A stretch of 46,097 nucleotides of DNA from Planctomycetota bacterium (GCA_045863855.1 BTVV01000044.1:1-46097); one strand, 5' to 3'. Shown: positions 35,098 to 46,096, counted from the stretch's first letter. Numbers and translations: made by a program. Notes: generated from the letters alone by a model not told the origin.

Positions 35098-36273
35098 TTA
35101 CTTCGCTTGCATGTGATCCGAAAGCGAGGCGTGCTCCTTGGGGCTTGGAACGCGGGCGACGGCCGGGTAACTGCCCAGCACCTCTACATGGCGCGATTGC
35201 GATTCGACCTCGCGCAGCGCGCCCTGCAGCTTGGGATCGGTCGCATGCCCCTGCATGTCAATGTAGAAGACGTAATCCCAGGCGCGGCGGCGGCTGGGGC
35301 GCGATTCGATGCGCGTCAGGTTGATACCGTGGTTCTGGAACGGAAGGAGCAGGCGCATCAGTGCGCCGGGCTCGTCGAGGATCGAGACGACAACGCTAGT
35401 CTTGTCGTGCCCGGTGGGCTCGGCCATGCGTTCGCCGACGATACAGAATCGCGTGATGTTCTCGGCTTGGTCTTCGATGTTTTCGACCTGCACGGGAACT
35501 TTGTAGATCTCGGCGGCAAGGCTTCCGGCGATGGCGCCGGCGTGCTTTTCGCGGCTGGCCCGTTCGGCGGCTTCGGCGGTGCTGCCGACTTCCTTCCGTT
35601 CCACGTCGCCGAGGTGTCCGGCGAGCCAATTGCGGCACTGCGCGAAGGCTTGCGGGTGGCTGTACAGGATGCGAATGTCTTTCGAGGCCGATTGCGAAAG
35701 CAGGTGGTGGTGGATCGGCAGGAAGACTTCGCTGCAGATCTTCAAGCGCGTCTCGCCGAGCATGTCAATGGATTGGTTGACGCCGCCTTCGGTGGAATTC
35801 TCGATAGGGATAACGCCGTAATCGGCGCGCCCGCGGCTGACGGCCATGAATACGTCGCGCATGTCGCGCTGCGCCGTGTAGCGGACGCTGGCTCCAAACT
35901 TGGTCCGCGCGGCAAGGTGCGTGAAGCTGCCGGGCTGCCCGAAATAGGCCACTCGGATAGGGTGCTCGAGCGCGATGGTGGCGCTCATGATCTCACGGTA
36001 GATCGACTGGAAGGCGGTGTCGGGGAGCGGTCCGCGGTTGAGCTTGGCAACGCGCTGGTAGACCTGCTTCTCGCGGCTGGGCGCGTAGGGCTTCACGCCG
36101 TCCTGCGCTTTGCGTTTGCCGATGGATGACGCGATGCCCGCGCGCTCGTTGATAAGCGCGACGATCTGGCCATCGAGGGCATCGATCTTGGCGCGCAACG
36201 CATCGAGGTCGCGCTCCAGTCCGGGCGCGGACGGGGCCGATTTACGGCGGGTTTTGGCGGGTGTGCGTGACAT
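35098..36273 (-). CDS. pheA: Chorismate mutase / prephenate dehydratase
   Basis: LRAKIDALD, PIENSTEG, SHPQA..QC, N.TRF, ACT domain LTRIESRP. Confidence 0.95.
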   Translation of the reverse strand: MSRTPAKTRRKSAPSAPGLERDLDALRAKIDALDGQIVALINERAGIASSIGKRKAQDGVKPYAPSREKQVYQRVAKLNRGPLPDTAFQSIYREIMSATIALEHPIRVAYFGQPGSFTHLAARTKFGASVRYTAQRDMRDVFMAVSRGRADYGVIPIENSTEGGVNQSIDMLGETRLKICSEVFLPIHHHLLSQSASKDIRILYSHPQAFAQCRNWLAGHLGDVERKEVGSTAEAAERASREKHAGAIAGSLAAEIYKVPVQVENIEDQAENITRFCIVGERMAEPTGHDKTSVVVSILDEPGALMRLLLPFQNHGINLTRIESRPSRRRAWDYVFYIDMQGHATDPKLQGALREVESQSRHVEVLGSYPAVARVPSPKEHASLSDHMQAK

Positions 36274-36276
36274 GGA

Positions 36277-36750
36277 TCAGCTTTCGAAGGTGATCTCGAG
36301 GATCTTGAGGCGCAGCTTGCCCTTGGGCACCGGGACATCGACTTTGTCGCCGACCTTGCGGGTCAGGAGCGCCTGTCCCAGCGGGCTGGTGGTGAGGATT
36401 TTGTTGGCGTACATGTCGGCTTCGCCGTCGCCCACGAGGGTAAAGACTTCTTCTTCCTTGTCGTCAAGGTTGTAAACCTTGACCGTGGCGCCGAAAACGA
36501 CGGTCTCGCTGCCGGCGAACTTCGCCGGGTCAATGATGGTTGCGCTGCCGACACGGCTTTGAATATCCTGAATGCGGCTGTTGCATAGGGCGAGGTCCTC
36601 GCGCGCGGCGTGGTACTCGGCGTTTTCGCGCAGGTCGCCTTTCTCACGTGCGATTTCGACGCGCTTAGCCAGTTCGATGGCGCGCTTCTCGAGCCCGTTC
36701 AGCTCGTTCATCAGGTTCTCGAAGCCCTTGTTCGTCATCGGCGTAGACAT
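36277..36750 (-). CDS. greA: Transcription elongation factor GreA
   Basis: GDLRENAEYHAARE, SPLGQAL. Confidence 0.95.
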   Translation of the reverse strand: MSTPMTNKGFENLMNELNGLEKRAIELAKRVEIAREKGDLRENAEYHAAREDLALCNSRIQDIQSRVGSATIIDPAKFAGSETVVFGATVKVYNLDDKEEEVFTLVGDGEADMYANKILTTSPLGQALLTRKVGDKVDVPVPKGKLRLKILEITFES

Positions 36751-36793
36751 CGCATCCCACTCCTTATCCCGTGCGCGCGGCGGCGCAGGCGCG

Positions 36794-37993
36794 TTACTTC
36801 AACAGATTCCGCAACCGGTCCAGGCCTTTGTCGATCAGTTCGACGCTCGTCGCATACGACAACCGCACGTGTTTGGGCGAACCGAAGGCTTCTCCCGGCA
36901 CTACCGCTACTTTGGCTTGTTCGAGGGCGATATTGGTAAAATCCATCGCGCTCTTGACTTCAACGCCGCCGATCTTGCGCCCGAAGACGCCGCTGACGTT
37001 GGCGAAGGCGTAGAACGCGCCGAGCGGCTCCAGCATCGAGACACCGGGAAGCTCGTTGATCCGCTTAATCATGTGCTTGCGCCGTTCGTCGAATGCTTCG
37101 CACATATGCATGATCGCTTCGTCGGACATGCGCAGGTTTTTAAGAGCCTCGCACGCGCCGGCCTGACTGAAGGCGGCGGGATCGGATGTTGCGTGGCTCT
37201 GGAGTTTCTTCACGGCGTTCATGATCGGCTTTGGTCCGGCGGCGTAGCCGATGCGCCAGCCCGTCATGGCGTAGGTCTTAGAGACGCCGTTGACGGTAAT
37301 AACCAGTTCTTCGAGAAGCTTCTTGCTGAGGCTGCCGAGGCTGAGCGGCGAAATGTCTCCGTAGATCAGGCGTTCGTAGATTTCGTCGCTGATGGTGACG
37401 AGGTTGTGCTTCTCGATGACCTTCGCGAGCGCTCGAATCTCGTCGGGCGTGTAGACGGCGCCGGTGGGATTCGAAGGGCTGTTGAAGAAGAAGAGGCGCG
37501 TCTTGGGCGTGATGGCGCGCTCAAGCTGCTCGGGTGAAATTTTGAAGCCTGTCTCTTCGCCGGTTTCGATGATGACCGGTTTGCCGCCGGCAAGACGGAC
37601 TTGTTCGAGGTAACTGACCCAGTAGGGCGCAGGGATGATGGCTTCGTCGCCCTCGTCGACCAGAACCTGGACGATATTGTAGAGGCTGTGCTTGGCTCCA
37701 CAGCTCACGACAATCTGCTCGGCGGCGTAGGCAAGTTCGTTCTCGCGCTTCAGTTTGGCGACAATGGCTTCCTTGAGTTCGTTTGCGCGCTTGGCGCCGT
37801 AGTGGGTGTCGCCACCGGACATCGCGGCGATGCCGGCCTGGACGATGTGCTGCGGCGTCGTGAAATCGGGCTCCCCAGCGCCGAAGCCGACGACGTCGAT
37901 CCCCTGGGCCTGCATGGCCTTGGCCTTAGCATCCACGGCGAGGGTCGCCGACGGCTGGACTTGCTGGATGCGGCGAGCGAACGGAATCGGCAT
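36794..37993 (-). CDS. PLP-dependent class I aminotransferase (aspartate aminotransferase-like)
   Basis: GAGEPDF, NSPSNPTG, SDEIY, SKTYAMTGWRIG. Confidence 0.95.
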   Translation of the reverse strand: MPIPFARRIQQVQPSATLAVDAKAKAMQAQGIDVVGFGAGEPDFTTPQHIVQAGIAAMSGGDTHYGAKRANELKEAIVAKLKRENELAYAAEQIVVSCGAKHSLYNIVQVLVDEGDEAIIPAPYWVSYLEQVRLAGGKPVIIETGEETGFKISPEQLERAITPKTRLFFFNSPSNPTGAVYTPDEIRALAKVIEKHNLVTISDEIYERLIYGDISPLSLGSLSKKLLEELVITVNGVSKTYAMTGWRIGYAAGPKPIMNAVKKLQSHATSDPAAFSQAGACEALKNLRMSDEAIMHMCEAFDERRKHMIKRINELPGVSMLEPLGAFYAFANVSGVFGRKIGGVEVKSAMDFTNIALEQAKVAVVPGEAFGSPKHVRLSYATSVELIDKGLDRLRNLLK

Positions 37994-38054
37994 GTCACGC
38001 TCCTTCAACGGCTTAGGCCATGCGCGGAACGCTTCGTGCGTTCCGTATGGCAAC

Positions 38055-38087
38055 AAAAAAAACAGGCCCGCGGGTCACGCGGTCCTG
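38055..38087 (-). terminator. Rho-independent terminator
   Basis: Minus strand CAGGACCGCG-TGAC-CCGCGGGCCTG followed by T8. Confidence 0.7.
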
Positions 38088-38181
38088 AACCGGGGCATCA
38101 CTATAAAAGGTGAGGATTGGGAATCAAGCGCGGGGAATGGCCAAGCAGCCTCGAGAATAAGGGTGCTGGCCGGTATGGTTT

Positions 38182-38964
38182 TCAATCCAGCCGGAAGGCG
38201 CGAGCGGCAGCTTCGGCGGTGTACGCGGCTTGCCAAGCCGGTTCAGGGCCATATTCGATCGCACGTTGCGAGAAACGATAGGCGGCGGCGGGCCCGTATA
38301 GCGCTTCCACGGCATCGCAGAGGTCGGCGACGGCCAAGCGAATGGATGCGTCACGGTCGATGCTCTCGGCGACCGCCAGTCCGTACACGCGGCCGGATTC
38401 CCATCCGTAGCGCGCCAGGGCGTCTATCAATCCACGCAAGCGCGGGTCGGCGTGCACGCGGGCATGGATCAGGTAACCCGCTTCGAGGCGCAAGGGTGCA
38501 CCTCTGCCGCCGTGGCCGTATTCGGGGTAGATCGCGGGGATGAGGGCGCACCTGAGCAGGTGGATGTCGTTCTCTTGAGCGAAGTAGTTGGGGTGCGCGC
38601 CGACGGCTTCCCACGTGCCTTCTTGCTGCTCGGAAACGAACTGCGCAAGCGTGCCGCTCGCCGGGATGACCAGCATCGATCCCAGCAGAAGCAGGAGCGA
38701 GAAACGGCCGTGGCATATGACAATGCCCATCGCCACCACCAGCCCCGCGGCGCAACCGGCCAAGCCCGGAACATGCGGTTCGAAGTAACCGGGGACGAAC
38801 GAAGCGCCGGTGAAGGTGACGAACATCAGGAGCACCACGCCGAGACCGAAAAATAGCGACCCTAACGTACGTGCGGCCGGCCCCAAGCGCTCGCGGAAAG
38901 TCCCCCGTGCGGGCACCGCAGACACGGCCGGATAAGTATGGATCGGAGCGGCTTTGGAGGTCAT
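38182..38964 (-). CDS. Hypothetical membrane protein
   Basis: Three N-terminal TM segments, soluble C-terminus. Confidence 0.65.
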   Translation of the reverse strand: MTSKAAPIHTYPAVSAVPARGTFRERLGPAARTLGSLFFGLGVVLLMFVTFTGASFVPGYFEPHVPGLAGCAAGLVVAMGIVICHGRFSLLLLLGSMLVIPASGTLAQFVSEQQEGTWEAVGAHPNYFAQENDIHLLRCALIPAIYPEYGHGGRGAPLRLEAGYLIHARVHADPRLRGLIDALARYGWESGRVYGLAVAESIDRDASIRLAVADLCDAVEALYGPAAAYRFSQRAIEYGPEPAWQAAYTAEAAARAFRLD

Positions 38965-39122
38965 TCCTCAGTCCCGTCGTTCCCCTTCCGACGTATAGAG
39001 CTTTCGCGGCGTGACCTTTTGCCAATTCGATTGTTCGGCGCAGCCCCGGACGATTCGAACGCTCACAACCAAACCGATGGCCCGGCACTCCGTAGCACTT
39101 GCAGGACCGGAGCGGAACGCCC

Positions 39123-40463
39123 ATGGGCTTGCAGGAAGATCTGGAGCGGTACGGATGGCTGCGCTGGCTGGGCCGTGAATTCGTGCGCGCCAATCCGTTG
39201 TACGTGATCAGCGCGGCCTTCATCGCGTACGGGGTGCTGGAACTGCATGGGCGGATCGACCCGCAAATCGGTCAGGCGCCGGGCATCGTGTTGGCGCTGG
39301 GCGTCCTGCATATCTACGAATGGGCGCTCCTGGGTGCCGCGGCGGTGGTCCTGCGCAGCCGGCGCGGCGGGCAGGCGGGTCGCGATTGCCACGGCCTGAC
39401 GCTGGTCGCGGCGCTGTTTCTGGCCGGGTCGTTCCTGGCGCTGGACGATTTGATCTCGCTTTGGCCGCATCGCGGAGTGAGCCTGACTGCAGGAGCACTG
39501 GCACTGGCGTGGGTGAAGCTGGAATTGTACGGGCGCATACCGGGGCTGCGGCTGCCTGCGGCGGTGCGCTACACCGCTTTGTTGCTGTTGAGCGCGCATG
39601 CCCTGGCTTCGCTGTTGGGCGCGGCGACGGTCGAATGGCAGTGGGAGGCCGCGACCGCGCAGCAGCTCGCGTGGCTGGCGGGCTGGCTCTCTTGCGTGGC
39701 GTTGCCGGCCCTGTTGGTGTACGCGCGACCCCCGGCGCAGGACCTGCTGAAGCTCGATCCCGATCGCGGCGAGCGACCGGATCTGCTGGCGATGCCCATC
39801 GCCGGCGCGTGGCTGGTAGGGGTTTGCGCGGCAGGCGGCATACTGCGGTTGCTGGCAGCGGATTGGATCTTCGACCGCCCGTTCGACGCCGCACGGCTGC
39901 TTCCGGCGCTCACGATATTGGCGGGGGTGATCCTGCTGCGGCGCTGGCAGCTCGAACTGCCGTGGACGCGGTTCGCGCTGGGGTGCGCGGCGTTTCCGGC
40001 GCTGGCCGTGCACTGGGCCTGGCACGCGCGCTCGCCGTGGGTGGAGAGTTACACGATTTATCCGGGCCTGGAGACAACGGTACAGTTCACCTTCGCGGCG
40101 GCGCTGGTGTATCTCCTGCTGGCATGGGTTACAGGAAAGCGCGCGTATCTGCTAGGCCTCAGCGGTCCGCTGGGTGCGCCGGTTTGGTCGCTACTGGAGC
40201 GTTTGCGCGAGACGTTGCCGCACTTTCGGGCGCTGCTCAGCAGCCTGCTGGGCTTCGCGACGCTGCTCGCGGCGATCTTAGTGAGCTTGTACCGAGACCG
40301 GTTGCTGCGCGGGCTGGAACCGCCTCCCCTGCCCCCTACACCGCCGCGACAGCCCGAGCATCGGCCACCCGCTGGTCCGCCCCAAGCGCTGCGCTCGCTC
40401 GCCGAACCCGGCGGTTTCGAGGCCGACGTATCGATCTCGATGCGGAAGCTGGAGCACGAGTAG
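39123..40463 (+). CDS. Polytopic membrane protein of unknown function
   Basis: Many hydrophobic segments; NPLYVISA N-terminal motif. Confidence 0.75.
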   Translation: MGLQEDLERYGWLRWLGREFVRANPLYVISAAFIAYGVLELHGRIDPQIGQAPGIVLALGVLHIYEWALLGAAAVVLRSRRGGQAGRDCHGLTLVAALFLAGSFLALDDLISLWPHRGVSLTAGALALAWVKLELYGRIPGLRLPAAVRYTALLLLSAHALASLLGAATVEWQWEAATAQQLAWLAGWLSCVALPALLVYARPPAQDLLKLDPDRGERPDLLAMPIAGAWLVGVCAAGGILRLLAADWIFDRPFDAARLLPALTILAGVILLRRWQLELPWTRFALGCAAFPALAVHWAWHARSPWVESYTIYPGLETTVQFTFAAALVYLLLAWVTGKRAYLLGLSGPLGAPVWSLLERLRETLPHFRALLSSLLGFATLLAAILVSLYRDRLLRGLEPPPLPPTPPRQPEHRPPAGPPQALRSLAEPGGFEADVSISMRKLEHE

Positions 40464-40493
40464 CGACCGAACCGCGCCGACGTTGATGCAAGG

Positions 40494-41930
40494 CTACGCG
40501 TTGAGCTTCTTCGCGGCTTCGCCGATCAAGTTCCAGGCTTGGCGAACGTGGGAAAGAGTCGTGCGCAGGTTGCCGATGGCCAGCCGGAGTACGTAGCGGT
40601 TGCGGAGCTTGGTGTGGCTTAAAAAAACCGGACCGGCGGCGTTGACGGTATCGAGGAGGCTGGCATTAAAGCGGTCTTGCGCTTCGGGTGGTCCGGACGG
40701 GACGGCACGAAAGCAGACGGTGCTGAAGGGGCTGGGCGCGCAGACCTCGAAGCCGGAATCGGCCTCCACCCAGGACCGGAATTCACGCGCCCACTGAACG
40801 TGCTGTCGGATGCGCGCGCGCAATCCTTCGACGCCGAAGGCCCGAATCACAAACCAGAGTTTAAGCGCGCGGAAGCGCCGGCCTAACTGCACCCCGTACT
40901 CGTTGAGGTTGGTGACGCCGGTTTCAGCGCTGCGGAGGTATTCGGGCGTGAGCGCGAAGGCCGCTTTGAGAACGCCGGACTTGCGCGTGAGGAGAACAGA
41001 GCAATCGACGGGCGTAAAGAGCCACTTGTGCGGATTGGTGACGACGGAATCGGCGAGTTCCAGACCGTCCAGAAGCGCGCGGAACTCGGGGCAGATCGCG
41101 GCGCTTCCGGCGTAGGCGGCGTCGATGTGGTACCAGAGCTTTTCGCGCCGGGCGATATTGCCCAAAGCGCGCAGCGGATCGACGCTGGTGGTGCTGGTGG
41201 TTCCGGCGGTAGCGACGAGCGCGATGGGAAGCTTTCCGGCGGCGCGATCGGCGGCAAGGGCTCGTTCGAGCGCGGGGACGTCGAGACGGAAATCGGCGTC
41301 GCAAGGGATGCGGCGGAGATGATCCAGACCCAGGCCAAGCGCAATGGCGGCTTTATCGACGCTGCTGTGGGCCTGGTCGCTGCTGTAGACGGTCAGGGGC
41401 GGCAGGCCGGCGAGGCCGCGGGTGCGCACGTCCAGTCCAGCGGCTTCGCGCGCAGCGGCGAGAGCCAACATGGTGCTGATGGAAGCGGTATCGTTGAGGT
41501 GGCCTTGGAAATCGGAGGGCAGTGAAAGCATCTGGCGAAGCCAATCGCAGACGCGTTCTTCCAGTTCGGTCGCGGCAGGGCTGGTGCGCCAGAGCATGGC
41601 ATTGACGTTGAGTCCGGCGGCGAGCCATTCGCCCAGAATGCCGGGGCCCGAACCGGTGATCGAGAAGTAGGCCATAAAGCCGGGATGGTTCCAGTGCGTG
41701 AGGTTGGGTTCGATAATGCGGGCGTAATCGGCCAGCAGCGCTTCGGCCGGCTCAGCATGTTCGGGCGGAACGGCCGGCAACTGGGCGGACACGTCACCGG
41801 GTTTGCAGGCGCTGAGCACCGGGTACTGCGGGACGTGCTGGAGGTAGTCGGCCACCAGATCGGCGGTGCGATGCGCGGCGTCGCGAAAGTTGGAATTGGG
41901 CCAGTCGCCGAGGGGTTCGGAGGGGGGCAT
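40494..41930 (-). CDS. Group II PLP-dependent (aromatic amino acid-type) decarboxylase
   Basis: HWNHP.FMAYF, SPAATELE, HIDAAYAG, NPHKWL, GRRFRALKLWF. Confidence 0.95.
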   Translation of the reverse strand: MPPSEPLGDWPNSNFRDAAHRTADLVADYLQHVPQYPVLSACKPGDVSAQLPAVPPEHAEPAEALLADYARIIEPNLTHWNHPGFMAYFSITGSGPGILGEWLAAGLNVNAMLWRTSPAATELEERVCDWLRQMLSLPSDFQGHLNDTASISTMLALAAAREAAGLDVRTRGLAGLPPLTVYSSDQAHSSVDKAAIALGLGLDHLRRIPCDADFRLDVPALERALAADRAAGKLPIALVATAGTTSTTSVDPLRALGNIARREKLWYHIDAAYAGSAAICPEFRALLDGLELADSVVTNPHKWLFTPVDCSVLLTRKSGVLKAAFALTPEYLRSAETGVTNLNEYGVQLGRRFRALKLWFVIRAFGVEGLRARIRQHVQWAREFRSWVEADSGFEVCAPSPFSTVCFRAVPSGPPEAQDRFNASLLDTVNAAGPVFLSHTKLRNRYVLRLAIGNLRTTLSHVRQAWNLIGEAAKKLNA

Positions 41931-42268
41931 TGCAAATCTCCACAAAGGACGGCAGCAAGGTAACCGGTCGGCACCGTCTTCGTAAAGACGAATGGACTAT
42001 GCACAAGTTAGTCGATGAAAATGAGCACGTAAGCCGCAAGTTTGCTCTATAGAGAATGCAGAATCAGTCGTTGTTCTAAAAACATCTGCACAATGAGTTG
42101 CCAAAATTGTAGAACCCGGATTAGGCTGACTGGAACAAGCCTGTGGGGTAGTCCGATTCGGTCACACTTCGTTCTTTTAAACTCATGTCGTAGCCGGTAA
42201 GCCCCAGCACCCCCCTAGGGTTGGACCGGCAGGACCGAGGGCCATCCGCCCTCGGAGGAGACCGCGCA

Positions 42269-45001
42269 GTGGAACCGCAATCTTCGAAGATCGCCGACCG
42301 CGTCAAAGAACTGGAAGCCCGCCTCGACCACGAGCTTCGCAACAACGAACAGCTCTGGCGCGAGAAAGAGAAATTGCTGAAGCAGATCAAGTCCGGCGTT
42401 CCCGCCGAAGGCGGCGGTGCGGATGTGGAGCGTTTGCAGGAAGAGAAGGCGCGGCTCGAAGAAGTCCTAAAAGAGCGCGAACATACGCAACAGGTATTCG
42501 AAGCGCGCCTAAAGACGATGCAGGCCAAGCTGGATCTTGCGCAGCAGGCCGGCGCGGAAGTCAAGGATCTGAAAGCCAAACTTCAGGAGCAGACCTTCCG
42601 CGTCGAACAGCTCAACCAGGAGCTGGACGAAGACCGCAAAAACCTGGCGCAGTTGCAACAGGAACGCAATGCGCTGGCGGCACAGGTGGAAGCCCACGAT
42701 CTCGAAACGGAGACGCTGCGCGCCGAGCACACGCAGATGCGGGAGGCGCTCTCAGCCCGTCCGGAGCAAGCGAACGCCGAAGCGGCGCAGAGCGCAGCCG
42801 AAGAACTCGCAGCCGCCGAACGCGGAAGGCGCAAGGAACTGGAGCGGCAACTGGCCGCTCTGCAAACCGAATTGGACGCGGCGAAGGGCCACGAAGCCGC
42901 TCGCGCGGACCTGGAAGCGCAGCTTGAGCGCTACGCGGCCGAACTGGACACCGAGCGGCAATCGCGCGTCGAAGAGAGCGCTCGGCAGCAGCAAGCTCTG
43001 ACGGAAACCCAGCACCTCAAGCAGGCCGAATTGGGCCAACTTCAGTCAAAGCTCTCTGCGGCGCAAGCGGAACTCGAAAAGCTGCGCGAAGCGGCGGCTC
43101 AATCGCCCGCGCTAAAGGCGGAACTCGCGGCGGCTCAGGAGGCCTTGGCGGCTGCGAGGGCCGAACGCGAACAAGCCCGAGCGGAATCTGCGCAAGCACT
43201 GGGTGCCGGAAGCGCTCAACAGGCCGCACTAGCCGCGCGAGTGGCCGAATTGGAAGCACAGGCGGCCGCGCAAGCGGAAGATTTCCGAAAGGAAGCCGCC
43301 GAAGCACGGGCGGCCTTGCACGCCGAGAGCGCCAAGGCCGTCGCGGAAATCGATGCACTGCGGTCGGAACTGGCGAAGACAAAGGAGCAGGCGGCGGCTC
43401 TGTACTCGAAGCTGGAGACCGCCGGCACGGCGGCAGCGGAGCAGGACGCGTTGCGCGCGGAGCTTCAAGCCGCTCAAGCGCAAGGCCGGTCGGCCGCCGA
43501 GCAGGTAGTGGCGCTGAAGCAGGAACTCACGGCTTCGAAGGAATTGCTCGAAGAACTCAAGGCCAAGCACGCCACTGCGGAAAATGCGACACACCAAATG
43601 GAAGCGGCCCTTGCCGGCCTGGGTTCGGAGCTTAAAGAGGCGCAAGGCGAGGCCGCGGAAGCTCGCGAAGCGCTTGAGTCGGCGAGCGGCGCTCAAGCGG
43701 CGCGCATCAAAGAATTAGAAGACGAGCTTCATACCGCGCACGACAACGCCGACGAATTACAACGTGCCTGCGAGCGGCTGGAGACGCGGCTGGCGGAGAT
43801 CGAAGAACAGCACGACGCGCTGACGGCGGAGCAGGAAAAGGCCGCGCAGGAGCGCGCGGAATTGACCGAAGCACGCGCGGCGGCTGCGGAATTGCTGAAG
43901 ACAGAGCGCGTCACACGCAAGGCCGCTGAAGCAAAGGCCGAGGAGCGGGAAGCGCAAGCCCAAGCGGCAGAGACCCGCGCGGCGAAGGCCGAAGCGGTAG
44001 CTCAATCCGTTCAAGAGCGCATAGCAGAGTTGGAAGCGGTTGTTCGATCGGCGAATGGGCGCGTAGCCGAGCATGAAACACGGGCCAAGGCAGCGGAAGC
44101 GCGCGCAGCGGAGCTAGAAGCGCAGGCTCGACAGACGAATGCGCGTATGTCGGAGTTGGAAGCGCAATTGAAGGCAGCGAGCGCACAGATTCAGGATGCT
44201 TCCGCCCTGCAAGCAGAGGCGGCGGAACTTCGCTCGCAACGCAAAGCGGCGGAGGAGGCGCGGCAGAATCTGGAATCGAGAGCAGCCGAGTTGGCCAAGG
44301 AGTCGGAAGGCCTGAAGGCCGAATTGAAGGCGGCGGCGGAAGCGCGAGAGCACATTACCCACGAACGCGACGAATTGCGGCAGGCCAGCGAGGCGCGGCA
44401 AAAGGAACTGACCGAGACGACCACGCGCTTCGAGGTTGCGAAGAAGGAACGCGAAGCTTTGGATGCCGCGCGGGAAGCGATGACCGCTCAACTGAAAGAC
44501 CTGGAGTCGCAAGTCGCCTCGGCGCAGGAGCGCGTGACGGAAGCGCTGAAGGACCGCGAAGATCTGGAGGCGCGCGCCAAAGCGACGCAAGCAGAGGTGG
44601 CTCAGGCGCAACAGCGGCTGGACGAACTCGAGGCGGCCAAGGCGGCCTCGGAAGCGAAGCTGGAAGCGATCTGCCAGAAGTTGACCGAGACGCTCGCGCC
44701 GATCGTGCCGAATTTAAAGGCGGTACTGACGACGCTGGAAGAGAATGCGGATACGGCGCAAGCGCGCGTGCAGGAGCTGATCGAGTCGCTCTCGCAGAAG
44801 GGCGGGATCTTTTCGAGGCGCAAAACCCCGGGTCCGGAAGACGTCAAGCCGATCGAAGACGCCGTGCTGGAATTGCAAGAGCGCATTCGTCGCGAAGCGA
44901 TGCAGATCTCGAAGGAGCTGTCGGTGGCGATTTACGGCGAGGATTCGGGCGCGGCCGAAGAAGAAAAAGATCAGACCCCGAAAGCGGGAGCGGCGGATTA
45001 A
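42269..45001 (+). CDS. Long coiled-coil protein (~910 aa)
   Basis: GGAGGAG RBS before GTG; almost entirely A/E/Q/L/K/R heptads; no ATPase motifs. Confidence 0.8.
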   Translation: MEPQSSKIADRVKELEARLDHELRNNEQLWREKEKLLKQIKSGVPAEGGGADVERLQEEKARLEEVLKEREHTQQVFEARLKTMQAKLDLAQQAGAEVKDLKAKLQEQTFRVEQLNQELDEDRKNLAQLQQERNALAAQVEAHDLETETLRAEHTQMREALSARPEQANAEAAQSAAEELAAAERGRRKELERQLAALQTELDAAKGHEAARADLEAQLERYAAELDTERQSRVEESARQQQALTETQHLKQAELGQLQSKLSAAQAELEKLREAAAQSPALKAELAAAQEALAAARAEREQARAESAQALGAGSAQQAALAARVAELEAQAAAQAEDFRKEAAEARAALHAESAKAVAEIDALRSELAKTKEQAAALYSKLETAGTAAAEQDALRAELQAAQAQGRSAAEQVVALKQELTASKELLEELKAKHATAENATHQMEAALAGLGSELKEAQGEAAEAREALESASGAQAARIKELEDELHTAHDNADELQRACERLETRLAEIEEQHDALTAEQEKAAQERAELTEARAAAAELLKTERVTRKAAEAKAEEREAQAQAAETRAAKAEAVAQSVQERIAELEAVVRSANGRVAEHETRAKAAEARAAELEAQARQTNARMSELEAQLKAASAQIQDASALQAEAAELRSQRKAAEEARQNLESRAAELAKESEGLKAELKAAAEAREHITHERDELRQASEARQKELTETTTRFEVAKKEREALDAAREAMTAQLKDLESQVASAQERVTEALKDREDLEARAKATQAEVAQAQQRLDELEAAKAASEAKLEAICQKLTETLAPIVPNLKAVLTTLEENADTAQARVQELIESLSQKGGIFSRRKTPGPEDVKPIEDAVLELQERIRREAMQISKELSVAIYGEDSGAAEEEKDQTPKAGAAD

Positions 45002-45082
45002 CGGTCAAAGCACCAAATCCTATCCAATCGGTAACGCCCCTCGATCATTTCACTCGCTTAGGCTCGAGTTTGCCGGTCCACC

Positions 45083-46096
45083 CTAAAGCTTAATCCCCCG
45101 CGTGTGCTTCGCGATGCCGTCAGGGTTGTAGGCCAATCCCAAGCCGGGCGCGTCGGGGATTTTCAAGTGGCCTTGCGCATCTAATTTTATAGGTTCGGAC
45201 AGTAAATCTTCGATGTAAGGCGCGGGCGTGATGTACTCTACCCAGCGCGCGGTGTTGGCGGCGGCCACCAATTGCAGATCTGCGGCAAGTCCGACGGCGG
45301 TATTCCAACCGTGCGGCACGAGCATAATGCCGTGATCGTCGGCGCACTGGCCGATGCGATGTTCTTCGGTCAGACCGCCCACTTTGGTCACGTCGGGTTG
45401 AATGTAATCGACGGCACGGCGTTCCAGCCAAGGCAAGAACGCCTGGCGGCGGGTGAGGACTTCGCCGGCGGCGATGGGCAACGGCGCGTGTTCGGTGAGC
45501 TTGATGTAGCCTTCTAGGTCGTCCGGACGCAGCGCTTCTTCGAACCAAGTGACTTCGTATTCAGCCAGCATGCGCGCCGTTCGTATCGCCCACTTGTAGC
45601 CGTGCGGCCAGAAGGCGTCGCTGCCGCCGGCGTCGATCATCAGTTCCACCTCGGGACCGATGGTTTCGCGCGCGGTTTTGACGATCGTCTCGTCCAGCGC
45701 ATGGCTCTCGCGGCCAAAGGGCCCCCACCCCAGCTTGAACGCGCGAAAACCGCGCGCCAGCCCCGCTTGGAGCCGCTCGCGGACGACTTCAGGATCGGCC
45801 ATCAAGAGCGAGCCGTACGGCTTGATCGATTCGCGGCGGCGGCCGCCCAACAAACGGCTGACGGGCTGGCCGGTGACCTTGCCGAAGATGTCCCAAAGGG
45901 CCAGATCGATGCCCGAAATAGCATGCGTGAGCGAACCGCCACGGCCCTGCCAAAAAGTTTGCTGATGGAGGTTTTCGCTGACGGCGGCCGGATCGAGCGC
46001 GGAGGCACCGACAAGCATCGGGCGCAGCACCTTGAGCGCAGCGGCAACGAGGTCGCCGGAAGTGTATACGCTGCCGAGGCCGGTTACCCCGTCGTC
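45083..46096 (-). CDS. Mandelate racemase / muconate lactonizing enzyme family protein, 5'-truncated
   Basis: AISGIDLALWDI.GK, LMIDA, WFEE, GE, QPD..K.GG, PHGW. Confidence 0.92.
   Translation of the reverse strand, partial: DDGVTGLGSVYTSGDLVAAALKVLRPMLVGASALDPAAVSENLHQQTFWQGRGGSLTHAISGIDLALWDIFGKVTGQPVSRLLGGRRRESIKPYGSLLMADPEVVRERLQAGLARGFRAFKLGWGPFGRESHALDETIVKTARETIGPEVELMIDAGGSDAFWPHGYKWAIRTARMLAEYEVTWFEEALRPDDLEGYIKLTEHAPLPIAAGEVLTRRQAFLPWLERRAVDYIQPDVTKVGGLTEEHRIGQCADDHGIMLVPHGWNTAVGLAADLQLVAAANTARWVEYITPAPYIEDLLSEPIKLDAQGHLKIPDAPGLGLAYNPDGIAKHTRGIKL

Noticed and set aside
19171..37537. Long antisense ORFs over hemB, glyQS, pheA, the aminotransferase and others
   Set aside because: They lie opposite unambiguous housekeeping genes.
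42269..45001. SMC/SbcC annotation
   Set aside because: No Walker A/B, signature or hinge motifs.
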